Assembly (NCBI GenBank): GCA_016937695.1
Contig: JAFGWC010000069.1
Location: forward strand, 13,244 to 77,243
Reading direction: 5' to 3'
Length of the DNA stretch: 64,000 bases
Source of the DNA: Bacteroidales bacterium
GTDB lineage: Bacteria > Bacteroidota > Bacteroidia > Bacteroidales > NBLH01
Shown: positions 51,898 to 60,431 of the stretch, piece by piece
How positions within the stretch are numbered: position 1 is the first letter of the stretch
Layout: each line of letters starts with the position of its first letter
Made by a program: the position numbers and the translations under genes
The notes under the pieces: model-generated
Seen by the model: only the letters and a program-made list of their open reading frames with translations
Database searches by the model: none
What the model was told of the DNA's origin: nothing

Positions 51898-52869
51898 ATG
51901 CCATTAATAAATAGTCAAACTTACACAACACCGTTTTTGTTTCGGAATTATCATTTAAATACTATTTTTCCAGCTTTGTTTCGTAAAATTAAAGGAATTA
52001 AATTTCAAAGAATTAGAATAAATACGCCGGATGACGATTTTATTGACTTGGATTTTTCGAGGATAAAAAGTGAAAGCATTGCAATACTTATACACGGGCT
52101 TGAAGGAAATGCAGCCAAAGCTTATATGAAAGGATTAACTCGTATTTTGAATAAATCGGGAATGGACGTGGCAGCAATAAATCTACGTGGATGCAGTAAT
52201 CAAATCAATAAAAAATATTACTCATATCATAGCGGAAAAACTGAAGATTTAGACTCTGTAATTAATTATATATCAGATAATTATAATTATAATAAAATGT
52301 TTATTGCTGGTTTTAGTCTTGGTGGTAATTTAGCTTTGAAATATGTTGGTGAAAAAGCTGATAAAATTAATCCGATAATAAAAAAAGTAGTTGGAATTTC
52401 TGTACCGTGTGATTTAAAATCAACAGCATTTAAACTTAATAAAGCAGATAATTGGATTTATCAAAAACGATTTATTAACTCATTAAAGAAAAAGGCTCTG
52501 GAAAAAATTAAAATGTTTCCTGAATTTCAAAATCAAGAAAAAGAAATTAGAAAATCTAAAAATTTTATTCAATTTGATAATTTAGTTACAGCACCTGCTA
52601 ATGGATTTAACGATGCAGAAGATTATTGGATAAAAAATAGTTGTAAGCCGTTCTTAAATTCAATAAGAATTCCTGCATTATTGATTAATGCAATGGATGA
52701 TCCGTTTTTGACAGACGAAAGTTATCCGTTTGAAGAAGCAAAGCAAAATCCAAATTTCTATTTCGAGTTTCCAAAATATGGCGGACATGTTGGTTTTATA
52801 AACAGATGTAATTTTTCAAATGAATTATGGCATGAAAAAAGAATTTTGGAGTTTTTCTTAGATGTTTAA
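51898..52869 (+). CDS. alpha/beta hydrolase (YheT-like)
   Basis: 323 aa. HGLEG, the nucleophile elbow GFSLGG, and a C-terminal GGHVGF are present. Confidence 0.75.
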   Translation: MPLINSQTYTTPFLFRNYHLNTIFPALFRKIKGIKFQRIRINTPDDDFIDLDFSRIKSESIAILIHGLEGNAAKAYMKGLTRILNKSGMDVAAINLRGCSNQINKKYYSYHSGKTEDLDSVINYISDNYNYNKMFIAGFSLGGNLALKYVGEKADKINPIIKKVVGISVPCDLKSTAFKLNKADNWIYQKRFINSLKKKALEKIKMFPEFQNQEKEIRKSKNFIQFDNLVTAPANGFNDAEDYWIKNSCKPFLNSIRIPALLINAMDDPFLTDESYPFEEAKQNPNFYFEFPKYGGHVGFINRCNFSNELWHEKRILEFFLDV

Positions 52870-52968
52870 ATTTATCAAATTAAAAACCACATCTAAATTT
52901 TGATTTATTAATTGCTACATTTAAAATAACTATCTATTTTTGCTGCCTAAAATATTAAAAAAGAACAA

Positions 52969-54063
52969 ATGGCTTTAACTTGTGGAATTGTTGGATTAAC
53001 AAATATTGGAAAATCTACAATATTTAATTGTTTTTCAAATACAAAAGCAGAAATAACAAATTATACATACAGTACGTCCAAATCAAACATCGGAATGGTT
53101 AAAGTTCCGGATCCGCGTTTAAAAGAATTGGAAAAACTACAACCAACAGAAAAACTTGTTCAAGTAGTTGTTGATATTGTTGATATGCCCGGATTAGCCA
53201 AAGGAGCAAGCAAAGGCGAAGGAGTTGGTAATAAATTTTTAGGAGAATTAAGAAATACAGACGCTATTATACATGTTTTAAGATGTTTTGATGATGAAAA
53301 TCTTCCGCATGTTGAAGGCTCAATTGATCCTGTTCGAGATATCGAAATTTTAGATTTTGAATTGCAAGTTGCTGATTTAGAGTCTGTTGAAAAAAGAATT
53401 TCCAAAGTAGAAAAATTGATTAAAACTGGCGATAAAGAGGCTAAAAAAACAATCGAAGTTTTAAATAAGTATAAATCTCATATTGAGAATTTTCAAAATG
53501 CAAGAACACTTGAAGTAACAGAAGAAGAAAAAAGATTATTAGGCGATTTATTCTTATTAACCTCTAAACCAGTATTTTATGTGTGTAATGTAGATGATGA
53601 ATCTGCCTCATCAGGAAATAAATATACCGAAAAAGTAACAGAATATTTAAAAGACCAAAACACAGAAATAATTGTTATTGCAGCACAACTTGAAGCTGAA
53701 ATTGCAGAACTAGATTCAGAAGAGCAATTAGAATTTCTTAATGATATTGGATTATCAGAACCTGGTGTCGATAAACTTATTCGTTCTGCTTATAGCATCT
53801 TAAATTTAGATACCTTTTTTACTATCGGACCAAAAGAAATAAGAGCATGGACAATTAAACGCGGTGCAACAGCACCCGAAGCAGCCGGAGTTATTCATAG
53901 CGATTTGCAACGTGGCTTTATTCGAGCCGAAGTTATAAAATACAAGGATTTTATAGAATTGAAATCTGAACATGCTTGTAAAGAAGCCGGAAAATTACAT
54001 GTTGAAGGGAAAAAATATATTGTTGAAGATGGAGATCTTTTGAATATTAGATTTAATGTGTAA
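52969..54063 (+). CDS. ychF: redox-regulated ATPase YchF
   Basis: G1 motif GIVGLTNIGKST, DMPGL, a TGS-like C-terminus, and RAWTIKRGATAPEAAGVIHSDLQRGFIRAEV. Confidence 0.95.
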   Translation: MALTCGIVGLTNIGKSTIFNCFSNTKAEITNYTYSTSKSNIGMVKVPDPRLKELEKLQPTEKLVQVVVDIVDMPGLAKGASKGEGVGNKFLGELRNTDAIIHVLRCFDDENLPHVEGSIDPVRDIEILDFELQVADLESVEKRISKVEKLIKTGDKEAKKTIEVLNKYKSHIENFQNARTLEVTEEEKRLLGDLFLLTSKPVFYVCNVDDESASSGNKYTEKVTEYLKDQNTEIIVIAAQLEAEIAELDSEEQLEFLNDIGLSEPGVDKLIRSAYSILNLDTFFTIGPKEIRAWTIKRGATAPEAAGVIHSDLQRGFIRAEVIKYKDFIELKSEHACKEAGKLHVEGKKYIVEDGDLLNIRFNV

Positions 54064-54170
54064 TAAATATTGATTAAAAATCACGAGGCTTAAATTTATA
54101 ATAATTCTAAATAAAAATTTTCGACCTAAATAAATGAACTGAAAATCTTAAAAATATTGCTATATCTATT

Positions 54171-54222
54171 GTCTGATTGATGTTTAATTATGAATATAAA
54201 TAAATACTAATCAGACTTTTTT
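54171..54222 (+). terminator. possible terminator downstream of ychF
   Basis: 8-bp stem gtctgatt (54171-54178) / aatcagac (54209-54216), followed by tttttt. The 30-nt loop is long for an intrinsic terminator. Confidence 0.35.
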
Positions 54223-54337
54223 GTTTTAGAAAAGATGTAGAATTAAAACTGCTATTAAGCATGATTTATTTTTTTTCTTTTTTACTATATTTGGTTCAAA
54301 TATGAAATAAATCATTTATTAGATTAAAAAATATAAT

Positions 54338-55165
54338 ATGAATCGAATCATTAAAAAGGAATTTTTTTCAGATAAAGTTGCCAAAATAGTTGTGGAAGCT
54401 CCCGATATTGCCAAAAGCAGAAAAGCCGGGCATTTCGTAATTATCAGAGTTGATGAAAAAGGCGAAAGAATACCACTAACTATTGCAGGTGCTGATATTC
54501 AAAAAGGCACAATAGACCTTGTTGTACAGGAAGTTGGTGTTTCATCTTCAAAATTATTAAATTTAAATGAAGGCGATTATATTTTAGATGTAGTTGGTCC
54601 TTTGGGAAAAGCCACTCATATTGATAAAGTTGGAACAGTGCTAGCTGCCGGAGGAGGTGTAGGAATTGCACCTTTATTGCCAATCGTTGAAGCTTTTAAA
54701 GCTGCCGGAAATAGAGTTCTAACTGTGCTTGCTGCTCGAAATAAAGATCTAATTATATTAGAAGACGAAATGCGCATGCATTCAGATGAACTTATTGTAA
54801 TGACTGATGATGGTTCATATGGCAGAAAAGGTCTTGTAACTCAGGGAATGGAAGAATTTATTAATAAAGAAAAAATTGATGTCGCTGTTGCAATCGGTCC
54901 TGCAATTATGATGAAGTTTGCTGCTCTTACAACCAAAAAATATAATATCCATACACTTGCAAGTTTAAATACAATAATGGTTGATGGAACAGGAATGTGC
55001 GGTGCATGCAGAGTTACAGTTGGAGGAGAAACAAAATTTGTTTGTGTTGACGGACCTGAATTTGATGCTGATAAAATTGATTTTGATGAGATGTTGTATC
55101 GTTTAGGTGCTTATAAATCTCAAGAGGCCGAAGCATATCAAAAACATCTAGATTCAATAAATTAA
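54338..55165 (+). CDS. sulfide/dihydroorotate dehydrogenase-like FAD/NAD(P)-binding protein (NfnA / PyrK-like, [2Fe-2S])
   Basis: 275 aa. An FNR-like fold is indicated by GHFVIIR and AGGGVGIAP. The C-terminal cluster motif is GTGMCGACRV...FVCVDGP. Confidence 0.8.
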   Translation: MNRIIKKEFFSDKVAKIVVEAPDIAKSRKAGHFVIIRVDEKGERIPLTIAGADIQKGTIDLVVQEVGVSSSKLLNLNEGDYILDVVGPLGKATHIDKVGTVLAAGGGVGIAPLLPIVEAFKAAGNRVLTVLAARNKDLIILEDEMRMHSDELIVMTDDGSYGRKGLVTQGMEEFINKEKIDVAVAIGPAIMMKFAALTTKKYNIHTLASLNTIMVDGTGMCGACRVTVGGETKFVCVDGPEFDADKIDFDEMLYRLGAYKSQEAEAYQKHLDSIN

Positions 55166-55186
55166 TAAATAAGCAAAAAACTAAAC

Positions 55187-56671
55187 ATGGATAATATAGT
55201 AGACTATTTAAAAGAACAACGCAACCAAGAATGGCGTGATGAAATAAGAAAAAACATTAAGGTTAAGGATAGAACCCAAAAAATAAGGGTTTTGATGAAT
55301 GAAGAAGAACCAAATATCCGAAATAAAAATAATAACGAAGTAAATACAGGCTTAACAGAAGAACAAGCACTTTTAGAAGCACAAAGATGCATTGATTGCC
55401 CAACGCCTACTTGTATAACAGGCTGTCCTGTTGGGATAAATATTCCAAAATTTATTAAAAAAATTGAAATCGGCGACTTTCTTGGAGCAGCATCTGTGCT
55501 TAAAGAAACTAACACTTTGCCCGCTGTTTGTGGAAGAGTTTGTCCTCAAGAAAAGCAATGCGAAGCTCAGTGTTTTTATACATTAAAACTTAAAAAACCT
55601 CCAGTTGCAATTGGACACTTAGAAAGATTTGCAGCTGATTATGAGCAAAATAGCGGCAAAATGTCAATTCCGGAAGTAGCAACACAAAATAACATTAAAG
55701 TAGCAGCAATTGGAGCAGGACCGGCTAGCTTAGCATGGGCCGCTGATATGGCGCGTTTTGGTTATGATGTTACAGTTTTTGAAGCACTTCATGAAATTGG
55801 CGGAGTTTTAAAATACGGTATTCCTGAGTTTCGACTTCCAAATTCAGTTGTTGATATCGAAATTGAAAGCATGAAAAAAATGGGTGTGAAATTTATTACT
55901 AATTTTATTGTTGGAAAAACTGCTTCTTTCGATGATTTAAGAGAAAGAGGATTTGAAGCATTTTTTGTTGGAAGTGGTGCAGGTTTACCTAGATTTATGA
56001 ATATTCCTGGCGAAAATTATATTGGTATTTTTTCTTCAAATGAATACTTAACAAGAGTTAATTTGATGAATGCCGCAAATGATGAATACGATACTCCTGT
56101 TATTAGTGGAAAAAATGTCGCAGTTATTGGAGGCGGAAATACTGCAATGGATTCTGTTAGAACAGCAAAAAGGCTTGGTGCCGATAAGGCAATGATAATC
56201 TATAGACGTTCAATTACTGAAATGCCAGCCAGAATTGAAGAAGTAAAACATGCACAAGAAGAAGGAATAGAATTTCTTAATCTAAACAATCCACTTGAAT
56301 ATTATGCTGATGAAAATGGAAGAGTTAATAGAATGAAAGTTCAAAAAATGGAGCTTGGCGATCCTGATGAAAGCGGTAGAAGAAGTCCTGTTCCAATTGT
56401 AGGCTCTGAATATTATATCGATGTAGATACTGTTATCGTAAGTGTAGGTGTTTCGCCAAACCCTTTAATACCTTCAAGCTTAAAAGATTTAGACGTTACT
56501 CGTTGGGGCACAATTGTGGTTAATACTGAAACTATGCAATCATCAATTCCAGATATTTTTGCAGGTGGTGATATAGTAAGAGGCGGCGCAACAGTTATTC
56601 TTGCAATGGGAGATGGACGAAAAGCAGCAAGTGGAATGCATAAATATATTAAATCAAAAAAAGAAATTTAA
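55187..56671 (+). CDS. NADPH-dependent glutamate synthase small-subunit homologue (GltD/NfnB-like)
   Basis: Two N-terminal [4Fe-4S] motifs (CIDCPTPTCITGCP, CGRVCPQEKQCEAQC). Two dinucleotide-binding motifs (VAAIGAGPASL, VAVIGGGNTAMD). C-terminal FAGGD. Confidence 0.85.
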   Translation: MDNIVDYLKEQRNQEWRDEIRKNIKVKDRTQKIRVLMNEEEPNIRNKNNNEVNTGLTEEQALLEAQRCIDCPTPTCITGCPVGINIPKFIKKIEIGDFLGAASVLKETNTLPAVCGRVCPQEKQCEAQCFYTLKLKKPPVAIGHLERFAADYEQNSGKMSIPEVATQNNIKVAAIGAGPASLAWAADMARFGYDVTVFEALHEIGGVLKYGIPEFRLPNSVVDIEIESMKKMGVKFITNFIVGKTASFDDLRERGFEAFFVGSGAGLPRFMNIPGENYIGIFSSNEYLTRVNLMNAANDEYDTPVISGKNVAVIGGGNTAMDSVRTAKRLGADKAMIIYRRSITEMPARIEEVKHAQEEGIEFLNLNNPLEYYADENGRVNRMKVQKMELGDPDESGRRSPVPIVGSEYYIDVDTVIVSVGVSPNPLIPSSLKDLDVTRWGTIVVNTETMQSSIPDIFAGGDIVRGGATVILAMGDGRKAASGMHKYIKSKKEI

Positions 56672-56788
56672 AAAAGATGAATATTTTTATATAGTTTTAT
56701 TAACTTTATTCTTTAATTTATATGCTTATATAACTATATTGAGCGATAATTTCTCAACAAATAAATATCATTATTAATATTAATAATT

Positions 56789-57778
56789 ATGGCAAATTTA
56801 ACAACAAAATATCTTGGATTGGAACTCAGAAACCCTTTAATTGTTGGTAGTTCGGGTTTAACAAATTCAGTTGAGGATATAAAAGACCTTGAAAGAAAAG
56901 GTGCCGGAGCAATTGTATTAAAATCAATTTTTGAAGAAGAAATAATGCTCGAATTTAAAAGCGTTATAAAGGAAGTTGAAGCTGATGAAAACAATCTGGA
57001 ATATTACGATTATTTCGATTACAAAATAAAAGCAGACAATATAAAAAGATATATAAAGTTAATAGAAGACGTAAAAAAAGAGGTTAATATACCAGTAATA
57101 GCAAGTATTAACTGTGTAACTGCTCAAGAATGGACTTTTTTTGCAAAAAAGATACAAGATGCTGGTGCCGATGCAATTGAATTAAATGCATTTTTTTTGC
57201 CAACAGATTGTAGCAAAACATCTCAAGAAAACGAAAAAATTTATTTTGATTTAATTAATTCGGTAAGTAAACTTGTAACCATACCTGTTTCATTGAAAAT
57301 TAGTTACTATTTTTCTAATCTGGCCAGAATGATTAAAACCCTTTCTGAAACAACAGTTTCAGGTATTGTTTTATTTAATCGGTTTTATAGTCCCGATTTT
57401 GATATCGATAATAAAAAAGTGATATCAACACATGTTTTAAGTTCAGAAAATGATTTGCCAATCTCACTTCGTTGGGTTGCAATTATGGCAGAACGAATAA
57501 ATTGTGATATTAGTGCTTCTACAGGTGTTCACGATGGAAAAGCTTTAATTAAACAATTATTGGCAGGTGCTGATTCTGTTCAGGTTGTTTCTGCACTATA
57601 TAAAAATGGCACAAGCCATATCGGAACTATGTTAAAGGAATTGGAAGTTTGGATGGATAAAAATGGATATAAAACAATAGCCGATTTTAAAGGTAGTATG
57701 AGTCAAGCTAAAAGTAATAATCCTGCTGCATTTGAACGTGTGCAATTTATGAAATATTTTGGTGAAATGAAACTGTAA
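56789..57778 (+). CDS. dihydroorotate dehydrogenase-like TIM-barrel flavoprotein lacking the canonical catalytic loop
   Basis: It has a PyrD-like N-terminus (YLGLELRNPLIVGSSGLT) and FMN-site-like elements (GADAIELN, SASTGVHDGKALIKQLLAGADSVQVVSA). At the position of the class-1 ELN(L/I)SCPN loop it reads ELNAFFLPTDCS. Confidence 0.75.
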   Translation: MANLTTKYLGLELRNPLIVGSSGLTNSVEDIKDLERKGAGAIVLKSIFEEEIMLEFKSVIKEVEADENNLEYYDYFDYKIKADNIKRYIKLIEDVKKEVNIPVIASINCVTAQEWTFFAKKIQDAGADAIELNAFFLPTDCSKTSQENEKIYFDLINSVSKLVTIPVSLKISYYFSNLARMIKTLSETTVSGIVLFNRFYSPDFDIDNKKVISTHVLSSENDLPISLRWVAIMAERINCDISASTGVHDGKALIKQLLAGADSVQVVSALYKNGTSHIGTMLKELEVWMDKNGYKTIADFKGSMSQAKSNNPAAFERVQFMKYFGEMKL

Positions 57779-57860
57779 TTTTTATGCTCTTTTGCTAATT
57801 GAATTGATTTTAAATAAGAAAAAACATGTTTTTTAACATAGATGGATATGTGAATATGTT

Positions 57861-57868
57861 TACTTTTG
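57861..57868 (+). promoter_or_regulatory. candidate -7 box (TACTTTTG) for the Mrp-type cluster
   Basis: Matches TAnnTTTG and ends 24 nt upstream of the first ATG of the MrpE-like gene (57892). Confidence 0.35.
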
Positions 57869-57891
57869 TGCTGAAATTTTAAAAACCATAA

Positions 57892-58404
57892 ATGATGAAT
57901 TCTAAAATATCTGTTATTAGTAAATTGTTTTTTACATGGTTGATTGTTTTTGTTTTATGGTTAGCGTTTACTACATCAATAGAAATATATGAAGTATTAA
58001 CCGGATTGTTCATTAGTTTTATTATTAGTTTATTTACTTTTAAAAGCTTTACGTCTAGAGGTTTAAAAGGACTTTCACCAATAAAATTAATTTATGTGAT
58101 TAAATACATATTTGTTTTTTTAATTGCACTAGTAAAGGCTAATTTTCATGTTGCTAAAATAGTTTTATCACCTAGTTTGCCTATCAATCCGGGCATTGTT
58201 GAATTCGAATCTAAACTCGATTCCGATTTTGCCAAAATGATTCTTGCAAATAGCATAACTTTAACACCAGGAACTCTTAGTGTAGATGTAATAGGAAATA
58301 GATTTTACATACATTGGCTCGAGGTAAAAGATAGTGATTCTGAAGTTGCATTTAATGAAATAGCAAAACAATTTGAAGATGTTTTATTAAAAATTTACTC
58401 ATAA
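57892..58404 (+). CDS. Mrp/Mnh subunit E-like membrane protein (MbhA/MbxA equivalent)
   Basis: 170 aa. The ANSITLTPGTLSVD motif is typical of MnhE/MrpE. Confidence 0.85.
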   Translation: MMNSKISVISKLFFTWLIVFVLWLAFTTSIEIYEVLTGLFISFIISLFTFKSFTSRGLKGLSPIKLIYVIKYIFVFLIALVKANFHVAKIVLSPSLPINPGIVEFESKLDSDFAKMILANSITLTPGTLSVDVIGNRFYIHWLEVKDSDSEVAFNEIAKQFEDVLLKIYS

Positions 58405-58414
58405 TAAAAATAAT

Positions 58415-58672
58415 ATGTCTTATTTTTTTATAATAATAATTTCAATAATAGCTGTCGGAGCTATATTAGCATTTGTTAGATTTGTAAAAGGACCAACTGC
58501 TGCAGATAGAGTAGTTGCTTTAGATACAATCTCATTTATGGCAATTGCATTAATGGTTTTTTTAGGATTTGTTTTAGAACGATTTATATATATTGATGTG
58601 TCTTTGGTTTATGCCGTTCTGGGATTTGTCGGTGTAATTACAATCGCAAGATATTTAGAAGGAGGTATATAA
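58415..58672 (+). CDS. Mrp/Mnh subunit F-like membrane protein (MbhB/MbxB equivalent)
   Basis: 85 aa with 3 TM segments and a GPTAADRVVALDT motif. Confidence 0.85.
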   Translation: MSYFFIIIISIIAVGAILAFVRFVKGPTAADRVVALDTISFMAIALMVFLGFVLERFIYIDVSLVYAVLGFVGVITIARYLEGGI

Positions 58673-59049
58673 TGATAGTAATTGAATATTTAGCTTATTT
58701 TCTGATAACCTTAGGAGCAGTTTTCTTGTTTCTAGGAGCGCTTGGTATTTTCAGAATGCCAGATATATATACTCGAATTCAGGCAGGAACAAAATCAAGT
58801 ACTTTAGGAGCAATGAGCCTTGTTTTAGGAACAGGTCTTTTAGGATTTGTTTCTTTTACGCCAGGTTATCCTTGGCTTATTAAAACTATAATAATTGTGA
58901 TTTTTGTTGCGATAGCTAACCCGTTAAGTTCTCATGCTCTTGCAAGAGGAGCCTACAAAGATAAAATTGCACCTTTTACAAAAGAGAATATTGATGCTTA
59001 CCAAGAAGTAGAAAAAAATATTGAAGAAGAAATGGAGGATGCCAAATGA
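58672..59049 (+). CDS. Mrp/Mnh subunit G-like membrane protein (MbhC/MbxC equivalent)
   Basis: Contains the GALGIFRMPDIYTRIQAGTKSSTLG motif. Its start overlaps the preceding stop by 1 nt. Confidence 0.85.
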   Translation: MIVIEYLAYFLITLGAVFLFLGALGIFRMPDIYTRIQAGTKSSTLGAMSLVLGTGLLGFVSFTPGYPWLIKTIIIVIFVAIANPLSSHALARGAYKDKIAPFTKENIDAYQEVEKNIEEEMEDAK

Positions 59050-59300
59050 GTAACACATTAATTGTTATTACAATAATTTCACTATTCTTTTTGATTGTTG
59101 CAGGAATTTATGCTGTGATAAAAAAAGATTTATTGCAAGCAGCAATTGCTACAGGACTTATAAGCCTTGTTTTGTCTATTTTATTTTACATCTTACAAGC
59201 ACCAGATGTAGCTTTAACAGAAGCTGCCATTGGAATAGCTCTTAGCACAATAATATTTGTTTTGGCTATAAGAAATACAAAAAGATTCGAAGATAATTAA
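59046..59300 (+). CDS. DUF4040 / MbhD-like small membrane subunit
   Basis: 84 aa with the APDVALTEAAIG motif, corresponding to the MrpA C-terminal / MbhD-type domain. It overlaps the previous gene by 4 nt. Confidence 0.7.
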   Translation: MSNTLIVITIISLFFLIVAGIYAVIKKDLLQAAIATGLISLVLSILFYILQAPDVALTEAAIGIALSTIIFVLAIRNTKRFEDN

Positions 59301-59310
59301 AAATAAACTG

Positions 59311-60018
59311 ATGAAGAAACTATTAATATTCGGATTACTTATATTTATTGGAGTTGAAATTTTGGATGTTTTATCCGAAGTTCCTTTTGGAGAAGATAGA
59401 ATGAAAGTTTCGAATTTTTATCTGGAAAAATCACCTGAAGTACTTAAAGTTTCAAACGTTGTAACGGCTATTGTCGTTAATTTCAGAGGTTTTGATACTT
59501 TGGGAGAAGTAACAGTTCTATTTCTGGCTGCTGCTGGTATTGGAAGTATATTATATCGAAGACGTTCAGTTCACACTGAATTAAATCCGAAAAGGACATC
59601 AACTGAGGCATCTAACATTGTTCAGGCAGGTGCAAAAGTGCTTTTCCCTCTAATTATTTTGTTGGGTGCTTACATTTTTGTCCATGGTCATTTAACACCT
59701 GGAGGTGGTTTTCAGGGCGGGGCAATTATCGCAACCGGATTCTTACTAATGCTTATTTCGTACAGGAAATTTTTTGTTAAACATTCTGGAGTTACCTGGA
59801 TTGAATCCATAGCAGGTATTGTATTTGTCGGTTTAGGTTTGTTGGGAATGGTTTATGGTGGTACTTTTTTAGAAAATTTCTTGCCTGCAGGGGAATTGAA
59901 TAGTTTAATTAGCGGAGGAATAATTGGAATTATATACATAGCTGTTGGATTTAAAGTAGGCGCTGAATTAACAGGGGTATTAGATACCTTGTTAAATATC
60001 AGTCAGGATGAAGAATAA
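59311..60018 (+). CDS. MnhB/MrpB-domain membrane subunit (MbhE/F, MbxF equivalent)
   Basis: Contains the VTAIVVNFRGFDTLGEVTVL motif of the MnhB domain. 235 aa, multi-TM. Confidence 0.75.
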   Translation: MKKLLIFGLLIFIGVEILDVLSEVPFGEDRMKVSNFYLEKSPEVLKVSNVVTAIVVNFRGFDTLGEVTVLFLAAAGIGSILYRRRSVHTELNPKRTSTEASNIVQAGAKVLFPLIILLGAYIFVHGHLTPGGGFQGGAIIATGFLLMLISYRKFFVKHSGVTWIESIAGIVFVGLGLLGMVYGGTFLENFLPAGELNSLISGGIIGIIYIAVGFKVGAELTGVLDTLLNISQDEE

Positions 60019-60068
60019 ATTATACAATATATATTAATAATAATTAGCATTTTAAAAAACATTCAAAA

Positions 60069-60431
60069 ATGCAAGACTTTTTAACTTACGGAATATATGG
60101 TACAGCAATTTTTTTAATGCTTCTTGGAGTATACGCTGTGCTTGTAAAACGGAATCTGATTAAAATTGTGATAGGATTATCTATTTTAGATTCGGGTTTA
60201 CATTTGTTGTTTGTAGCGATAGGTTTTATAAGTGGTGGAACAGCACCAATTTTTTCACCAATGGCTATTGAAAGTGCAAATAAAATGGTTGATCCTGTCC
60301 CTCAAGCTTTAGTTTTAACAGCCATAGTAATTGGATTTGGCGTTACAGCTGTTGCACTTGCACTAGTAATTCGCCTTTACAGACATCATAATACAATTAA
60401 CATTGACGAAATTAAAAACTTAAAATGGTAA
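60069..60431 (+). CDS. MrpC / NuoK-like membrane subunit (MbhG/MbxG equivalent)
   Basis: 120 aa with 3 TM segments and a NuoK-like pattern (LIKIVIGLSILDSGLHLLFV...QALVLTAIVIGFGVTAVALAL). Confidence 0.8.
   Translation: MQDFLTYGIYGTAIFLMLLGVYAVLVKRNLIKIVIGLSILDSGLHLLFVAIGFISGGTAPIFSPMAIESANKMVDPVPQALVLTAIVIGFGVTAVALALVIRLYRHHNTINIDEIKNLKW

Noticed and set aside
56734-56994. 86-aa minus-strand ORF overlapping the start of the DHOD-like gene.
   Set aside because: It is Ser/Ile/Phe-rich antisense to a well-supported PyrD-like N-terminus, and there is no independent support for it.
57819-57834. Perfect 16-bp palindrome AAAAAACATGTTTTTT upstream of the Mrp-type cluster, as a possible operator.
   Set aside because: It is an A6/T6 run around CATG, and several such palindromes are expected by chance in AT-rich DNA. 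The same caveat applies to the 10-bp inverted repeat atgatttatt/aataaatcat at 54261-54315 upstream of the NfnA-like gene.
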